64,000 nucleotides of DNA from contig CAWIIP010000002.1 of assembly GCA_963836235.1 (NCBI GenBank), positions 1,024,001-1,088,000 of the forward strand, read 5' to 3'. Made by a program: the position numbers and the translations under genes. The stretch comes from an uncultured Pseudomonadota bacterium (lineage in GTDB: Bacteria > Oederibacteriota > Muellerivitia > Muellerivitales > Muellerivitaceae). Shown one piece after another: positions 50,540 to 59,536 of the stretch (positions are counted from its first letter, which is position 1; each line of letters begins with the position of its first letter). The notes beneath the pieces are model-generated. The model was not told where the DNA came from and made no database searches. It worked only from the letters and a program-made list of their open reading frames with translations.

Positions 50540-53500
50540 TTATCTCAAAACCATTAACTTGGTGATGAAACGGCCTTGGGACGTTTGAACTACTACATAG
50601 TAAAGACCGTTGGCCAAGGGCGTTCCTTTCCGATCCGTTAAGGACACGGGTATGTCCGTACTTCCCGTCGCCACATTCGATAGGGTGATTTCATTTACCT
50701 TCCGAAAAGCCAAGGTGAAGATTTCAACCCTGACCTCGGAAGCCGCCGACCCCAGGGATAGCTGCACCGTTACCGGACCGGGCCCTGTCACGGGATTGGG
50801 ATAAACAATGATCGTGGCCTGCGGGGTGGGGGTTCGAGTAGGAGTAAGGATATTGACTGGCGTGCTGGTCCCCGTGGCTGAAGGAGTGAATGTTTTACTG
50901 AATGTGAAGATCGGGGTCGCCGAGGCCGTTGAAGTAAAGGTCTGAGTCGAAGAGGCCATCGGCGTCTTCGTGCTTGTGAAGCTTGAAGTCGAAGTCGGCG
51001 TCCAAGTCTGGGTGGCGGTCGGGCTGGACGTCGTGGTCGCGCTTGAGGTCGCCGTCAAAGTTGAACTGGGAGTACCCGTTGAGGTCGACGTAAGGGTCGG
51101 CGGCTGAGTGCTCGTGGGCGTTAAGGTCGGGGTTCCGGAAGGTGTGTGGCTGGCAGTCGCGGTTGAAGACGAAGTGGATGTCCAAGAAGTGGTAGTTGAT
51201 GGAGTAGCCGTCGATGTATAGGAAGCAGTCACGCTAGGAGTCATCGAGGGAGTCGAAGTCTGCGTTGAGATCGGGGTTGCCGTGGGGGAGAAGCTAGATG
51301 TGGCGGTGGGTGAATCCGTCGAAGTGTCGGTGGGAGACATGGTTTTGGAGGCGGTTGAAGAGGTGGTGGCGGTTGGAATTCCAGTAGCCGTATTGGTTGG
51401 GGATGCCGTCGCGGTGGAACTCAGTGTTGCCGTATGCGTTAAAGAAACGGTAGCCGTCGCCGAAAAGGTTGGACTATTGGTGGCGCTCAAAGTGGGAGTG
51501 GGGGTGAAGGTAGCTGTGGAACTGTTGGTCCGGGTCGCCGTAGCAGTGGGTGTGAAAGTCGCCGTGTCCGTAGCGCTATTGGACGGTGTGGGTGTGGATG
51601 ACACCGTAGCGGTGGCGGAAGCCGTGGCCGTGTTGGTTCGGCTTGCGGTGAGGGACGCCGTTGGCGTCATGGAACTGGTAAGGGTGGCCGTACCGGTGGG
51701 GGTTCGGGTGAACGTCGAAGTCGGGGTGGTGGTTGTGATCCAGGTGGCCGTCTTTGTGGCCGAATCCGTGGCGGTGACCGTCGAAGAGGCGGTAGGAGTC
51801 CGCGAACTCGTCGGCGTCGCGGTCGGGCTGGCGCCGCCGCTGGTGGGAGTGGCGCTGGGTGTGGCGCAGGCCTGGAGGAGGATGGCCGGGTTCGTGAAGG
51901 AGGCCGTCCCCAGCGCCGTCGAACTGCCCGAGGCCAGGACCAGTCCCGCCTGGACCCCTGTGCCCAGGCTGACGGTCGCCTGGCCCAGCAGTTTATAGGT
52001 GGTTCCATTGGTACTGTAGTAGCCCGAGTAGGCCCCGGCGCTGCCCGTGATTTCCAGGTAAAGGGGCGACGTCGTTTGGACCGTCTGGACGCTTTGCGCG
52101 GTCTCTCCCGCGCCTTGCCAAATGAGGGACAGGGTGCCGGAGGCGTTTTGGGCCAGGGCGACATAGGCGCCTCCCGTACCGCTCAACAGAAGGCCACCTT
52201 CGGAGGAGGAACCGGTGAGGCCCAGCAGTTCGGCGGTGAGGGTGCCGTCCCCGGTCCAGGGTTGGGAGGCGAACTGTCCCTCCGTGAGGGTCGAGGAGCA
52301 CGCGGTGCCGCTGCCCGTCAAGAGCCACTGGTTGGTGAAGCTATTGAAGGAACTGGCGCCCTGGATGGACGTGCCCGGAAGATCCGCCCCCGACCAGGGT
52401 GCCGGAAGCACCAGGCTGTTCACATAAACTTCCAGGTTGGTGTAGCCGGTCGTCCCATAGGCTGCGGTGCCCGCCGCCGCGTTGGTGGTACTGATGCCGT
52501 TGGCCGCCGCCCAATAGTCGGCGATGCCGTCCCCGCTGGTGTCGGTGAAGGGCGTTCCGGCCGCCAGGGTCCCGTAGCCGTTGTTAGCCAGGCCCGTGTC
52601 GGCCTGGTTCGTGTAGATCGTTCCCGTGAGTCCCAGAGAGGACACGTCCCCGATCACGAAGTTATCGACGGCGTCCCGGGGAAAGGCGCCGCAGGATTCC
52701 ATCACGCTGGGGTAGAGGCCCATCTGGCAACCGGAAGCGGGGGCCGCGCTCAGCGTCGGGATCGAAGAGGTCGTGGGAGACCAGGGCGCGCTAAGCACGG
52801 TGACGCCGCCGCCAATGGTATTGTAGGGCGACCCATTGAGGACGCCGTCCTTGTTGCTATCCATATAATTGCCGGCGGAATAGACGCTTTGGTTGGCGTC
52901 GAACTGGAAATAGGCGTCGCCCGGGCTGGTGGTGCTGGGCCCGGTGATGAAATAGTTGCCCACGATGTCGTGGGAAAAGACGCCCCCCGTGTCGGCCACC
53001 GTATAGGCCGCCTGGAAGTTGTAGATGATGTTGTTGATGTACTGGGTGTCGGATTTGGCCAGAGGCTGGCGGTTGTGGGCGTTGACCCAGAGGTCGCGGT
53101 AGAAGGTATCGGGCCCGACCTCCACATGGGCGCCGAACTGCTGTCCGATGGGATTGGCGATGATACAGTTTTGCACCGTGAAATTGGTTACGCCCACAGC
53201 GTCCACGCCGTCAAACTGCCCGTACTCGAACGAGCAATGGTCCAGGATGATATTACTCCCGTCGCCCACGTTGATGGCGCTCTTGCCGGTATCCGGATCC
53301 TCGTTGCCCTGTCGGAAACGGACATTGCGGATGATGATATTGCTTTTCCCGCTAAGCGATATTTCGGCCGCCATAAGACCAATGCCGCCCCCGGGGGCTG
53401 TCTGGCCCTCGATGGAAAGGTTGCTGCTCACCGAAACCGCAGACAAGAGGACGACGTATCCTCCCACGTCGAACACGATGACACGGTTGCCCGCGCTGAC

Positions 53501-53746
53501 GGCATCCCGAAAGGACCCCGTTCCCGAATCATTCAGATTGGTGACATGGTAGACCGCCCCGCCCCTGCCGCCGGTGGCCGCGGCCCCAAACCCGAACGCT
53601 CCGGGGAAAGCCACGACCTGCGCCCCCGCCGGGGAGGTTAGGAAAGCAAGGAACAATCCCAGCAGGATGAAACTAAGGATTTTAAAATAACATTTCAAAC
53701 TGGAGATTCCAAAGCCATGGGCTGAATGAATTTTATCCATCTTCAT
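50540..53746 (-). CDS. Secreted PL1 pectate lyase-like + lectin-like domain + stalk + conserved tail
   Basis: AFPGA.GFG..ATGGRGG.VYHVTNLNDSG.GSFRDAV, GQTAPG.G, IILDHCS, NRQP. Confidence 0.88.
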   Translation of the reverse strand: MKMDKIHSAHGFGISSLKCYFKILSFILLGLFLAFLTSPAGAQVVAFPGAFGFGAAATGGRGGAVYHVTNLNDSGTGSFRDAVSAGNRVIVFDVGGYVVLLSAVSVSSNLSIEGQTAPGGGIGLMAAEISLSGKSNIIIRNVRFRQGNEDPDTGKSAINVGDGSNIILDHCSFEYGQFDGVDAVGVTNFTVQNCIIANPIGQQFGAHVEVGPDTFYRDLWVNAHNRQPLAKSDTQYINNIIYNFQAAYTVADTGGVFSHDIVGNYFITGPSTTSPGDAYFQFDANQSVYSAGNYMDSNKDGVLNGSPYNTIGGGVTVLSAPWSPTTSSIPTLSAAPASGCQMGLYPSVMESCGAFPRDAVDNFVIGDVSSLGLTGTIYTNQADTGLANNGYGTLAAGTPFTDTSGDGIADYWAAANGISTTNAAAGTAAYGTTGYTNLEVYVNSLVLPAPWSGADLPGTSIQGASSFNSFTNQWLLTGSGTACSSTLTEGQFASQPWTGDGTLTAELLGLTGSSSEGGLLLSGTGGAYVALAQNASGTLSLIWQGAGETAQSVQTVQTTSPLYLEITGSAGAYSGYYSTNGTTYKLLGQATVSLGTGVQAGLVLASGSSTALGTASFTNPAILLQACATPSATPTSGGASPTATPTSSRTPTASSTVTATDSATKTATWITTTTPTSTFTRTPTGTATLTSSMTPTASLTASRTNTATASATATVSSTPTPSNSATDTATFTPTATATRTNSSTATFTPTPTLSATNSPTFSATATVSLTHTATLSSTATASPTNTATGIPTATTSSTASKTMSPTDTSTDSPTATSSFSPTATPISTQTSTPSMTPSVTASYTSTATPSTTTSWTSTSSSTATASHTPSGTPTLTPTSTQPPTLTSTSTGTPSSTLTATSSATTTSSPTATQTWTPTSTSSFTSTKTPMASSTQTFTSTASATPIFTFSKTFTPSATGTSTPVNILTPTRTPTPQATIIVYPNPVTGPGPVTVQLSLGSAASEVRVEIFTLAFRKVNEITLSNVATGSTDIPVSLTDRKGTPLANGLYYVVVQTSQGRFITKLMVLR

Positions 53747-56700
53747 TTACCTCAATACCAATAGCCGGGTGATGAACCGCCCTTGGGGTGTCTGGATTAT
53801 TAAGTAGTAAAGGCCATTGGCCAAGGGAACCCCCTTTTGGTCGGTCAAGGGTAAGGCCTCATTCGTCATTCCTGCCGGAACATTCTGCAGGGTGATTTCA
53901 TTTACCCTTCTGAAAGCTGTGGTGAAAACAAAAATTTGAACTTGTCCGGGCGAAGACAAGGTGAACTGAAGCGTCACCGGTCCCGTCGCCGGATTCGGGA
54001 ATAGCACCACTCCATTCTTACCTGGGGGCGTGGATATTTGAGTGGGGGTATAGGTGTCGGCCGCTATGCTGGTGCCCGTTGCCGTGGGAGTTCCAGTGAA
54101 AGTAAAACTCGGGGTTAACGTGGACGTGGGTGATGCCGTCAAAGTGAAAGTCGCCGTCAAGGAAGCCGTCGGGGTTTTCGTGTTGATGAGGGTAAAAGTG
54201 GCCGTAGCGGTCGGCGTCCAAGTTCGGGTAGCGGTGAAGCTGGATGTTGCTGTGAAAGTGGGGGTGTAGCTGGAAGTAAAAATCCCTGTCGCGGTGAGTG
54301 TAGGGGTCAGCGACGGGGTTCCCGTCGAGGTCAACGTCGGTGTTCCAGAGGGCGTGGAACTCGAAGTAGCCGTGGCGGGGGAGGTATGAGTCGGGCTGGA
54401 GGTCACCGAAGGCGTCCAAGTCACCGTTGGCGTCGGGCTCCCTGTGGGGGATGCCGTCCCGGTCGCCGTTGAAGAAACGGTAGGAGTCCACGAAGTCGTA
54501 CTTGATGGCGTGGCCGTCAAGATGCGGGAGGCTGTCGCGCTTGGAGTCGCCGTATTGGTAGTCAAAGGTGTCATCGAATCCGTCGGCGTATTCGTCCAGG
54601 TTATTGTGAGCGAGGGCGTAGCCGTTGCCGAACTGATGGGGGTTGACGTCGGGGTGGCGGTATCAACCGGGGTATTCGTGGGTGTATCCGTTAGGGTGAA
54701 AACCCTAGTATCTGTGGGGGTACCCGTTGATGTCGACGACAGGGTGGCCGTGTTCGAAGGAGTCGAACTTGTGGTTTTGGTGGGTGAGGCCGAGGACGTC
54801 GGGGTGGATGTAGTCGAAGCTGTCGGTGTATTCATGGCCGTATTCGTACGTGTGGCGGTGGCCGTTGATGAAACAGTAGCCGTCAGGGTCGAGGTTGAAG
54901 TCGAGATCGTTGTAGAGGTCGGCGTTCTCGTGGATGAAGAAGTGGCCGAGGATGTGGGTGACGAACTGGCTGTGATCGAGGGAGTGTCGGTGGCGGTTTT
55001 TGTTGCGGTTGGCGAGGCCGAGGACGTCGGGGAGGACGTGGCCGAAGCTGTCGGTGTATTCATGGCTGTATTGGTGCGGGTGGCTGTTGCCGTTAAAGTA
55101 ACGGTCGAAGTGGGACTATTGATACGAGTTGGGGTAGGGGTTGAAGTGGCCGTCCGGGTGGCCGTGGAAGTAGGGTTACTTGTAGGAGTGCCGGTCGGCG
55201 TGGTGGTAACCCCGCTGACCGAGAATTGAAATTGCTGCAGGGGACAGACGCCCGTACCGGTGTATTGAACGTACACATCATGAACGCCCGTCGTACTCAC
55301 ATAAGAGGCAGGCAAAGGAACCGTGATGGTCGCGGGGCCGGTCACGTTCACCGTCGTGGTAACCGCCACGCTTCCGGTCAGGCTGTCCAACACGAATCGC
55401 AAAGGCCCGGTACAGCTTCCGGCGAAAACCACGGTGAGCGAATTGTACCCGCCGGTTTGAAAATCAAGATACTCATACTCGGCCCATCCGGAGGCCGACA
55501 GCGTGGCTGCGTTTGATGCCGCCTGGTACGTATACGAAACCCCGTTGTCATTGCTTCCCCCCGGCACCAGGTTGCCCGCCAGCCGCAGCACATCCACCCG
55601 GTCCAATTCCGCCTGGCCCGTTCCGGGCTGGAAGGAAATCATGTTGTAACCTTCGGTCATCGGGGCGCTTACGGTGACCGCCTGGGTCGTGGAGAAAGTC
55701 CCCGAGGCCGCTGTGGGGGGGTAAGTCACCGTCATGGCCGGGTTGCCGTCGACGGTCACCAAATGGGTGGAAGCTGTCGTCCCGGTATTAGCATAGAGGA
55801 TCCTCAGTTCGTAAGTTTCGGAAGCGAGGGCGTTGAAATGGAAAATCACTTGGCTGTCGGCGGCGGAAATGTTGTTGATATATTCACCGTTGGAAGCCGA
55901 ATCCGTCTGGGCAAAATTGACGTCCACCAGTTGGGCATGCTCGGCTTCCAGGGCATTGTGGTGGCCCATATAGGGCTGGGTCAGGTGCGGCCAGCCTTGG
56001 TTATCCCAAACGATCTCACGGTTATGGAGGTAGGGATTGCCGTTCTCGTTCGCGTTGTAATAGTGATGGCAGTAAAAGTCCCGGCGTCCGTCATGGATAG
56101 CCGACCCGCCTCCGGGACCGATGTAGATTCCATATTTTGAGAGGACTTCGGTCCCCCCTGAAGCCATCAGGTTTACCCCAGCCTCATCCACGAAAGGGCC
56201 TGTCACGCTTGCGGATCTTCCCACTCGCACGTTGTAGGTGCTACTAACACCCTGGCAGCAAGCGTCCCAGGACGTGAAAAGGTAATAATCATTCTGGTGC
56301 TCGATCATGGTGGAACCCTCTATCGCTCCCCCGCCCCGGGAAGCGAGCGAATAGATCGTCTTATTACTGGCCAACTGCTTGCCGGTGGTCGGATCAATGG
56401 CGATCATCTTGATGCCGTCCCAAAACGAACCGAAAAGCATCCAGACATTGCCGTTGAGATCCACGTAACTAGCCGGATCGATCGCGTTGTAATTGTTAGA
56501 GGTTATGGATTGGAAGACCAGGCCCTGGTCCGTCCATTGGTAATTCGCAGCAGCCGTGTCCAGGGTGGGATTGGTGGCCACGCCGATCACCGAGTTGTTG
56601 GTTCCGAAGGAGGAACAGGCGTAATAGACCCAATAAGTCCCATTGCGATACCTGGCGTCGGGTGCCCAGATGTCCGTGACGGTTGAACCTAGGATCGTGG

Positions 56701-56941
56701 TCACCCAGGTTGGCACTGCCGGAACGATGTTCCCGACAGCCGTCCAGTTGATCTCGTCGGTGGATTGGCGGATTTGCAGCAGGTTGTTCGTGGTCAGCAG
56801 GGTATAAACGCCCCGGGTATCCCGAATGACCGTGGGATCATGGGCGCCCACCAGCACTTCGGCCATCGAAGCGCCGGGACATCCGATGAGAGCGGCGAAA
56901 AGAACTGACTGAAAAATAATTTTTATTTTTTGGTTTTTCAT
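53747..56941 (-). CDS. Secreted GH43 endo-arabinanase-like + CBM35/CBM6-like modules + stalk + conserved tail
   Basis: HDP, WAPD, NAIDP, FGSFW.GIK, IEG motifs; EAE.A.L and W.EY..LDF CBM-like segments. Confidence 0.9.
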   Translation of the reverse strand: MKNQKIKIIFQSVLFAALIGCPGASMAEVLVGAHDPTVIRDTRGVYTLLTTNNLLQIRQSTDEINWTAVGNIVPAVPTWVTTILGSTVTDIWAPDARYRNGTYWVYYACSSFGTNNSVIGVATNPTLDTAAANYQWTDQGLVFQSITSNNYNAIDPASYVDLNGNVWMLFGSFWDGIKMIAIDPTTGKQLASNKTIYSLASRGGGAIEGSTMIEHQNDYYLFTSWDACCQGVSSTYNVRVGRSASVTGPFVDEAGVNLMASGGTEVLSKYGIYIGPGGGSAIHDGRRDFYCHHYYNANENGNPYLHNREIVWDNQGWPHLTQPYMGHHNALEAEHAQLVDVNFAQTDSASNGEYINNISAADSQVIFHFNALASETYELRILYANTGTTASTHLVTVDGNPAMTVTYPPTAASGTFSTTQAVTVSAPMTEGYNMISFQPGTGQAELDRVDVLRLAGNLVPGGSNDNGVSYTYQAASNAATLSASGWAEYEYLDFQTGGYNSLTVVFAGSCTGPLRFVLDSLTGSVAVTTTVNVTGPATITVPLPASYVSTTGVHDVYVQYTGTGVCPLQQFQFSVSGVTTTPTGTPTSNPTSTATRTATSTPTPTRINSPTSTVTLTATATRTNTAMNTPTASATSSPTSSASPTATKTATDTPSITASSSPTSSATSSSTRTPTSTTISTSTSTLTATVSSTATATRTNTAMNTPTASTTSTPTSSASPTKTTSSTPSNTATLSSTSTGTPTDTRVFTLTDTPTNTPVDTATPTSTPISSATATPSLTITWTNTPTDSMTPLTTNTATPSATASRILTATPSSTTSWTPTVSSTATGTASPTGSPTPTVTWTPSVTSSPTHTSPATATSSSTPSGTPTLTSTGTPSLTPTLTATGIFTSSYTPTFTATSSFTATRTWTPTATATFTLINTKTPTASLTATFTLTASPTSTLTPSFTFTGTPTATGTSIAADTYTPTQISTPPGKNGVVLFPNPATGPVTLQFTLSSPGQVQIFVFTTAFRRVNEITLQNVPAGMTNEALPLTDQKGVPLANGLYYLIIQTPQGRFITRLLVLR

Positions 56942-57015
56942 TTTTATCCCACGCCTTCAAGCACGGATTTTCTAATCAAAAATTTTTATAAAGGCCCGAT
57001 ATCTTTCATTTCTTG

Positions 57016-57029
57016 TGAAACCGGTTTCA
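57016..57029. promoter_or_regulatory. Perfect LacI/CcpA-type operator palindrome
   Basis: TGAAACCGGTTTCA about 75 bp upstream of the GH43 start. Confidence 0.75.
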
Positions 57030-57096
57030 TTTCAACCGAAATAAAAATATCTTGGAAAAATTTTTACTTAGTGGGCCTTGGTAATGATTTCATTCG

Positions 57097-59502
57097 TTAT
57101 TTCCCGCCCAGGGCCGCCACACCGGAAAGAGTGACTCCCCCGCTGTCGAAGAGGGGCTCGCCCCATGGCGGATAACCCGCAACCGACTGAAGCCATTCCG
57201 GCTCCCAATAATTGATACCCATACCCAGCTTGTTCGGAACACCTTGAACCGTCGTGACCAAGTCAGTCAAGAACTGCGCCTGGCCCGCGGGCGTCAATGG
57301 ATAGGTTAGCCCCGTCCCGGTTTTCCCCGTAGTGTTCGGGTACCCCGTCTCCGCCACGTAAACTGGCTTTCCGAAAGTATTGGCGGCGTTGGTCAAGCAA
57401 GTTTGAGCCTGAGCCAAGGGTCCGTGATACTCGGGATAATAACTCTCCCCAATAATGTCGAAGCTGATCCCTTGCGAGTTGACGTTGGTGAAGTACCACT
57501 GGGTGGTAGCCCAATCGCCGCCCCGGTCGATGTGGATGATGATCTTGGGGGTCGGTTGGGAAGCGGAAACCGCTCCATCGTCCACGCCCTGGACGCCCGC
57601 CTTCATCAACATGGCGTAATTGGCCCAACCATTGACAGATATTCTTCCGCCCGGCCCTCCCGTTGTGGCCGGCCACAACAAGCCGTCGGTAATCTCGTTG
57701 CCAACCGCCACGTAATCGGGCATGGCGCCACCCGCAGCCAGGGTTGTGATGACGTTTTGGGTGTAATCATGCACTTGGGTGGCTAGCGCAGCCTGTGTCG
57801 TGATACCCGCCCAAGCGGCGGGCATGGTTTGGTGGCCCGGATCAGCCCAGGTATCGGAGTAGTGGATATCAAGATAAAACTTCAATCCGGCGGCCTTGAT
57901 CTGTGCCCCCAAGGCCGTGTCGTAGGCTAGGTTGTTAACATAAACCTGGGTGCCGTTGGGATTTACCCAGAGTCTCACTCGCATGATGCTGTAATCATGA
58001 TCCGTGGCGATGGAAAGCAGGTTCTCCGCAGCAGGATTTTTGTAAACCACACCTTGGCTGAGCATGGTGGGCAAGAGGGAAATGTCCCAACCGTTCAAAA
58101 GGCCATTGGGAGAAACCGCCAAAGTAGGCGTGGGGACAGCAATAGAGGTGTGAGTTGCTGTCGCCGTGGGAGTACCGGTTCGGGTGCTGGTAACGGTTGA
58201 AGTTGGACTACCGGTGGCTGTGCGGCTCGGAGTGAACGTCAGCGATAAGGTTGGAGTTGCCGTAGTCGAATTTGTCACCGTCGCGGACGGTGTCCGTGAA
58301 ACCGTCCCAGTGGCTGTTCCTGTCGATGTTCCCGTAGGAGATTGGGTTTCAGTTCTGGTACTTGTAGAAGAAGGCGTTGAAGTATTTTGGGAAGTATTGG
58401 ATGGGGTGGAAGTAGGAGTCTTGCTTACGGTCAGGGTTGCCGTGGAGGTCGCGGAACTTGTCGAGGAAGGAGTCGAGGTAGGTGTCCGGCTGGAACTAGA
58501 CGTAACTGTTGCGGTAAATGTCAGCGTGTTCGACTGTGTAGCAGTCGAGGTTACCGTAGAAGTCGCCGTGTTAGTTGCGGAAGCTGTCGCCGAAGCGGTT
58601 GAGGTGGGTGTTTGGCTAAAACGAGGTGTGTTTTGCGGAGTATTGGTAAATGTTCCAGTCGGGGAAAATGTGGAAGTAGACGACGACGTGGAAGTCCCCG
58701 TCTTTGTGGCCGAAGACGTCGTCGAAGCGGTTGAGGTGGGTGTTTGGCTGAAAGTGGATGTGTTTTGTGGGGTATTAGTGGAGGTTCCTGTAGGTGACAT
58801 GGTAGAAGTGGACGACAACGTGAAAGTCCCAGTGGGGGAAAGAGTATTCGTAGAGACAATCGTAAGGGTGGCAGTATTGGAGGGCGTCGAGGTTAATGTT
58901 TTCGTTGAGGTAAATGTTCCCGTTGGTGACAGTGTGGGGGTAGAAGAGGGTGTAGATGTTTGAGAGGGGGGCGGGGTGTTTGTTGGGATCATCGTCGGAG
59001 TAGACGTATTGGGCATCGTGAACGTCGAAGAAACCGTTGATGTCAACGTTCCCGTAGAGGACGGAGTCGGAGAATCTTGCGGGGTATTCGTTGTGGAAGA
59101 AGTTGGAGTCAATGTCGTCGTATTCACAAGAGTCGGGGTGGGAGTGGTGGTAATGGTCCAGGTGTGAGTCAAAGTCGGTGAGGGTGAATTCGTAGTTGTT
59201 CCCGTGAAGGAAGCCGTCGGCGAAGGCAAGAATGTGTCGGTCTTGGTAGCGGTGACCGTTGACGTCGGAGTCATCGTAGCCGAGGACGTCGGCGAAGCGG
59301 TCGCCGATGATGTTGCCGTGGAACTCGGAGTAGACGAGACGGAAGAACTTTGGGTGGAGGAAACCGTGGGTGTATCCGATGGCGTAGGGGTTTCAGTGTC
59401 TCTCAAGTATGGATGCGTTGGTGACACGTTGATGGGACGGGTACAAGAAACTGACATCAATAGTCCCAAAACTAGCCATATCGAAAAAGCCAACTTCTTC
59501 AT
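57097..59502 (-). CDS. Lipoprotein: N-terminal Thr/Ser stalk + C-terminal GH53 endo-beta-1,4-galactanase
   Basis: MKKLAF...SVSC lipobox; G.DIS, RLWVNP, HYSDTWADPG.Q, VGNEI, SYYP, VAETGYP, YWEP. Confidence 0.92.
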   Translation of the reverse strand: MKKLAFSIWLVLGLLMSVSCTRPINVSPTHPYLRDTETPTPSDTPTVSSTQSSSVSSTPSSTATSSATASPTSSATMTPTSTVTATKTDTFLPSPTASFTGTTTNSPSPTLTHTWTITTTPTPTLVNTTTLTPTSSTTNTPQDSPTPSSTGTLTSTVSSTFTMPNTSTPTMIPTNTPPPSQTSTPSSTPTLSPTGTFTSTKTLTSTPSNTATLTIVSTNTLSPTGTFTLSSTSTMSPTGTSTNTPQNTSTFSQTPTSTASTTSSATKTGTSTSSSTSTFSPTGTFTNTPQNTPRFSQTPTSTASATASATNTATSTVTSTATQSNTLTFTATVTSSSSRTPTSTPSSTSSATSTATLTVSKTPTSTPSNTSQNTSTPSSTSTRTETQSPTGTSTGTATGTVSRTPSATVTNSTTATPTLSLTFTPSRTATGSPTSTVTSTRTGTPTATATHTSIAVPTPTLAVSPNGLLNGWDISLLPTMLSQGVVYKNPAAENLLSIATDHDYSIMRVRLWVNPNGTQVYVNNLAYDTALGAQIKAAGLKFYLDIHYSDTWADPGHQTMPAAWAGITTQAALATQVHDYTQNVITTLAAGGAMPDYVAVGNEITDGLLWPATTGGPGGRISVNGWANYAMLMKAGVQGVDDGAVSASQPTPKIIIHIDRGGDWATTQWYFTNVNSQGISFDIIGESYYPEYHGPLAQAQTCLTNAANTFGKPVYVAETGYPNTTGKTGTGLTYPLTPAGQAQFLTDLVTTVQGVPNKLGMGINYWEPEWLQSVAGYPPWGEPLFDSGGVTLSGVAALGGK

Positions 59503-59536
59503 CTTTCGGCACACTTTCTTAATTAAAAATATCTGA

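Noticed and set aside
52076-53641. 521-aa plus-strand ORF
   Set aside because: Antisense to the GC-rich PL1 domain; long open shadow frames are expected in such sequence.
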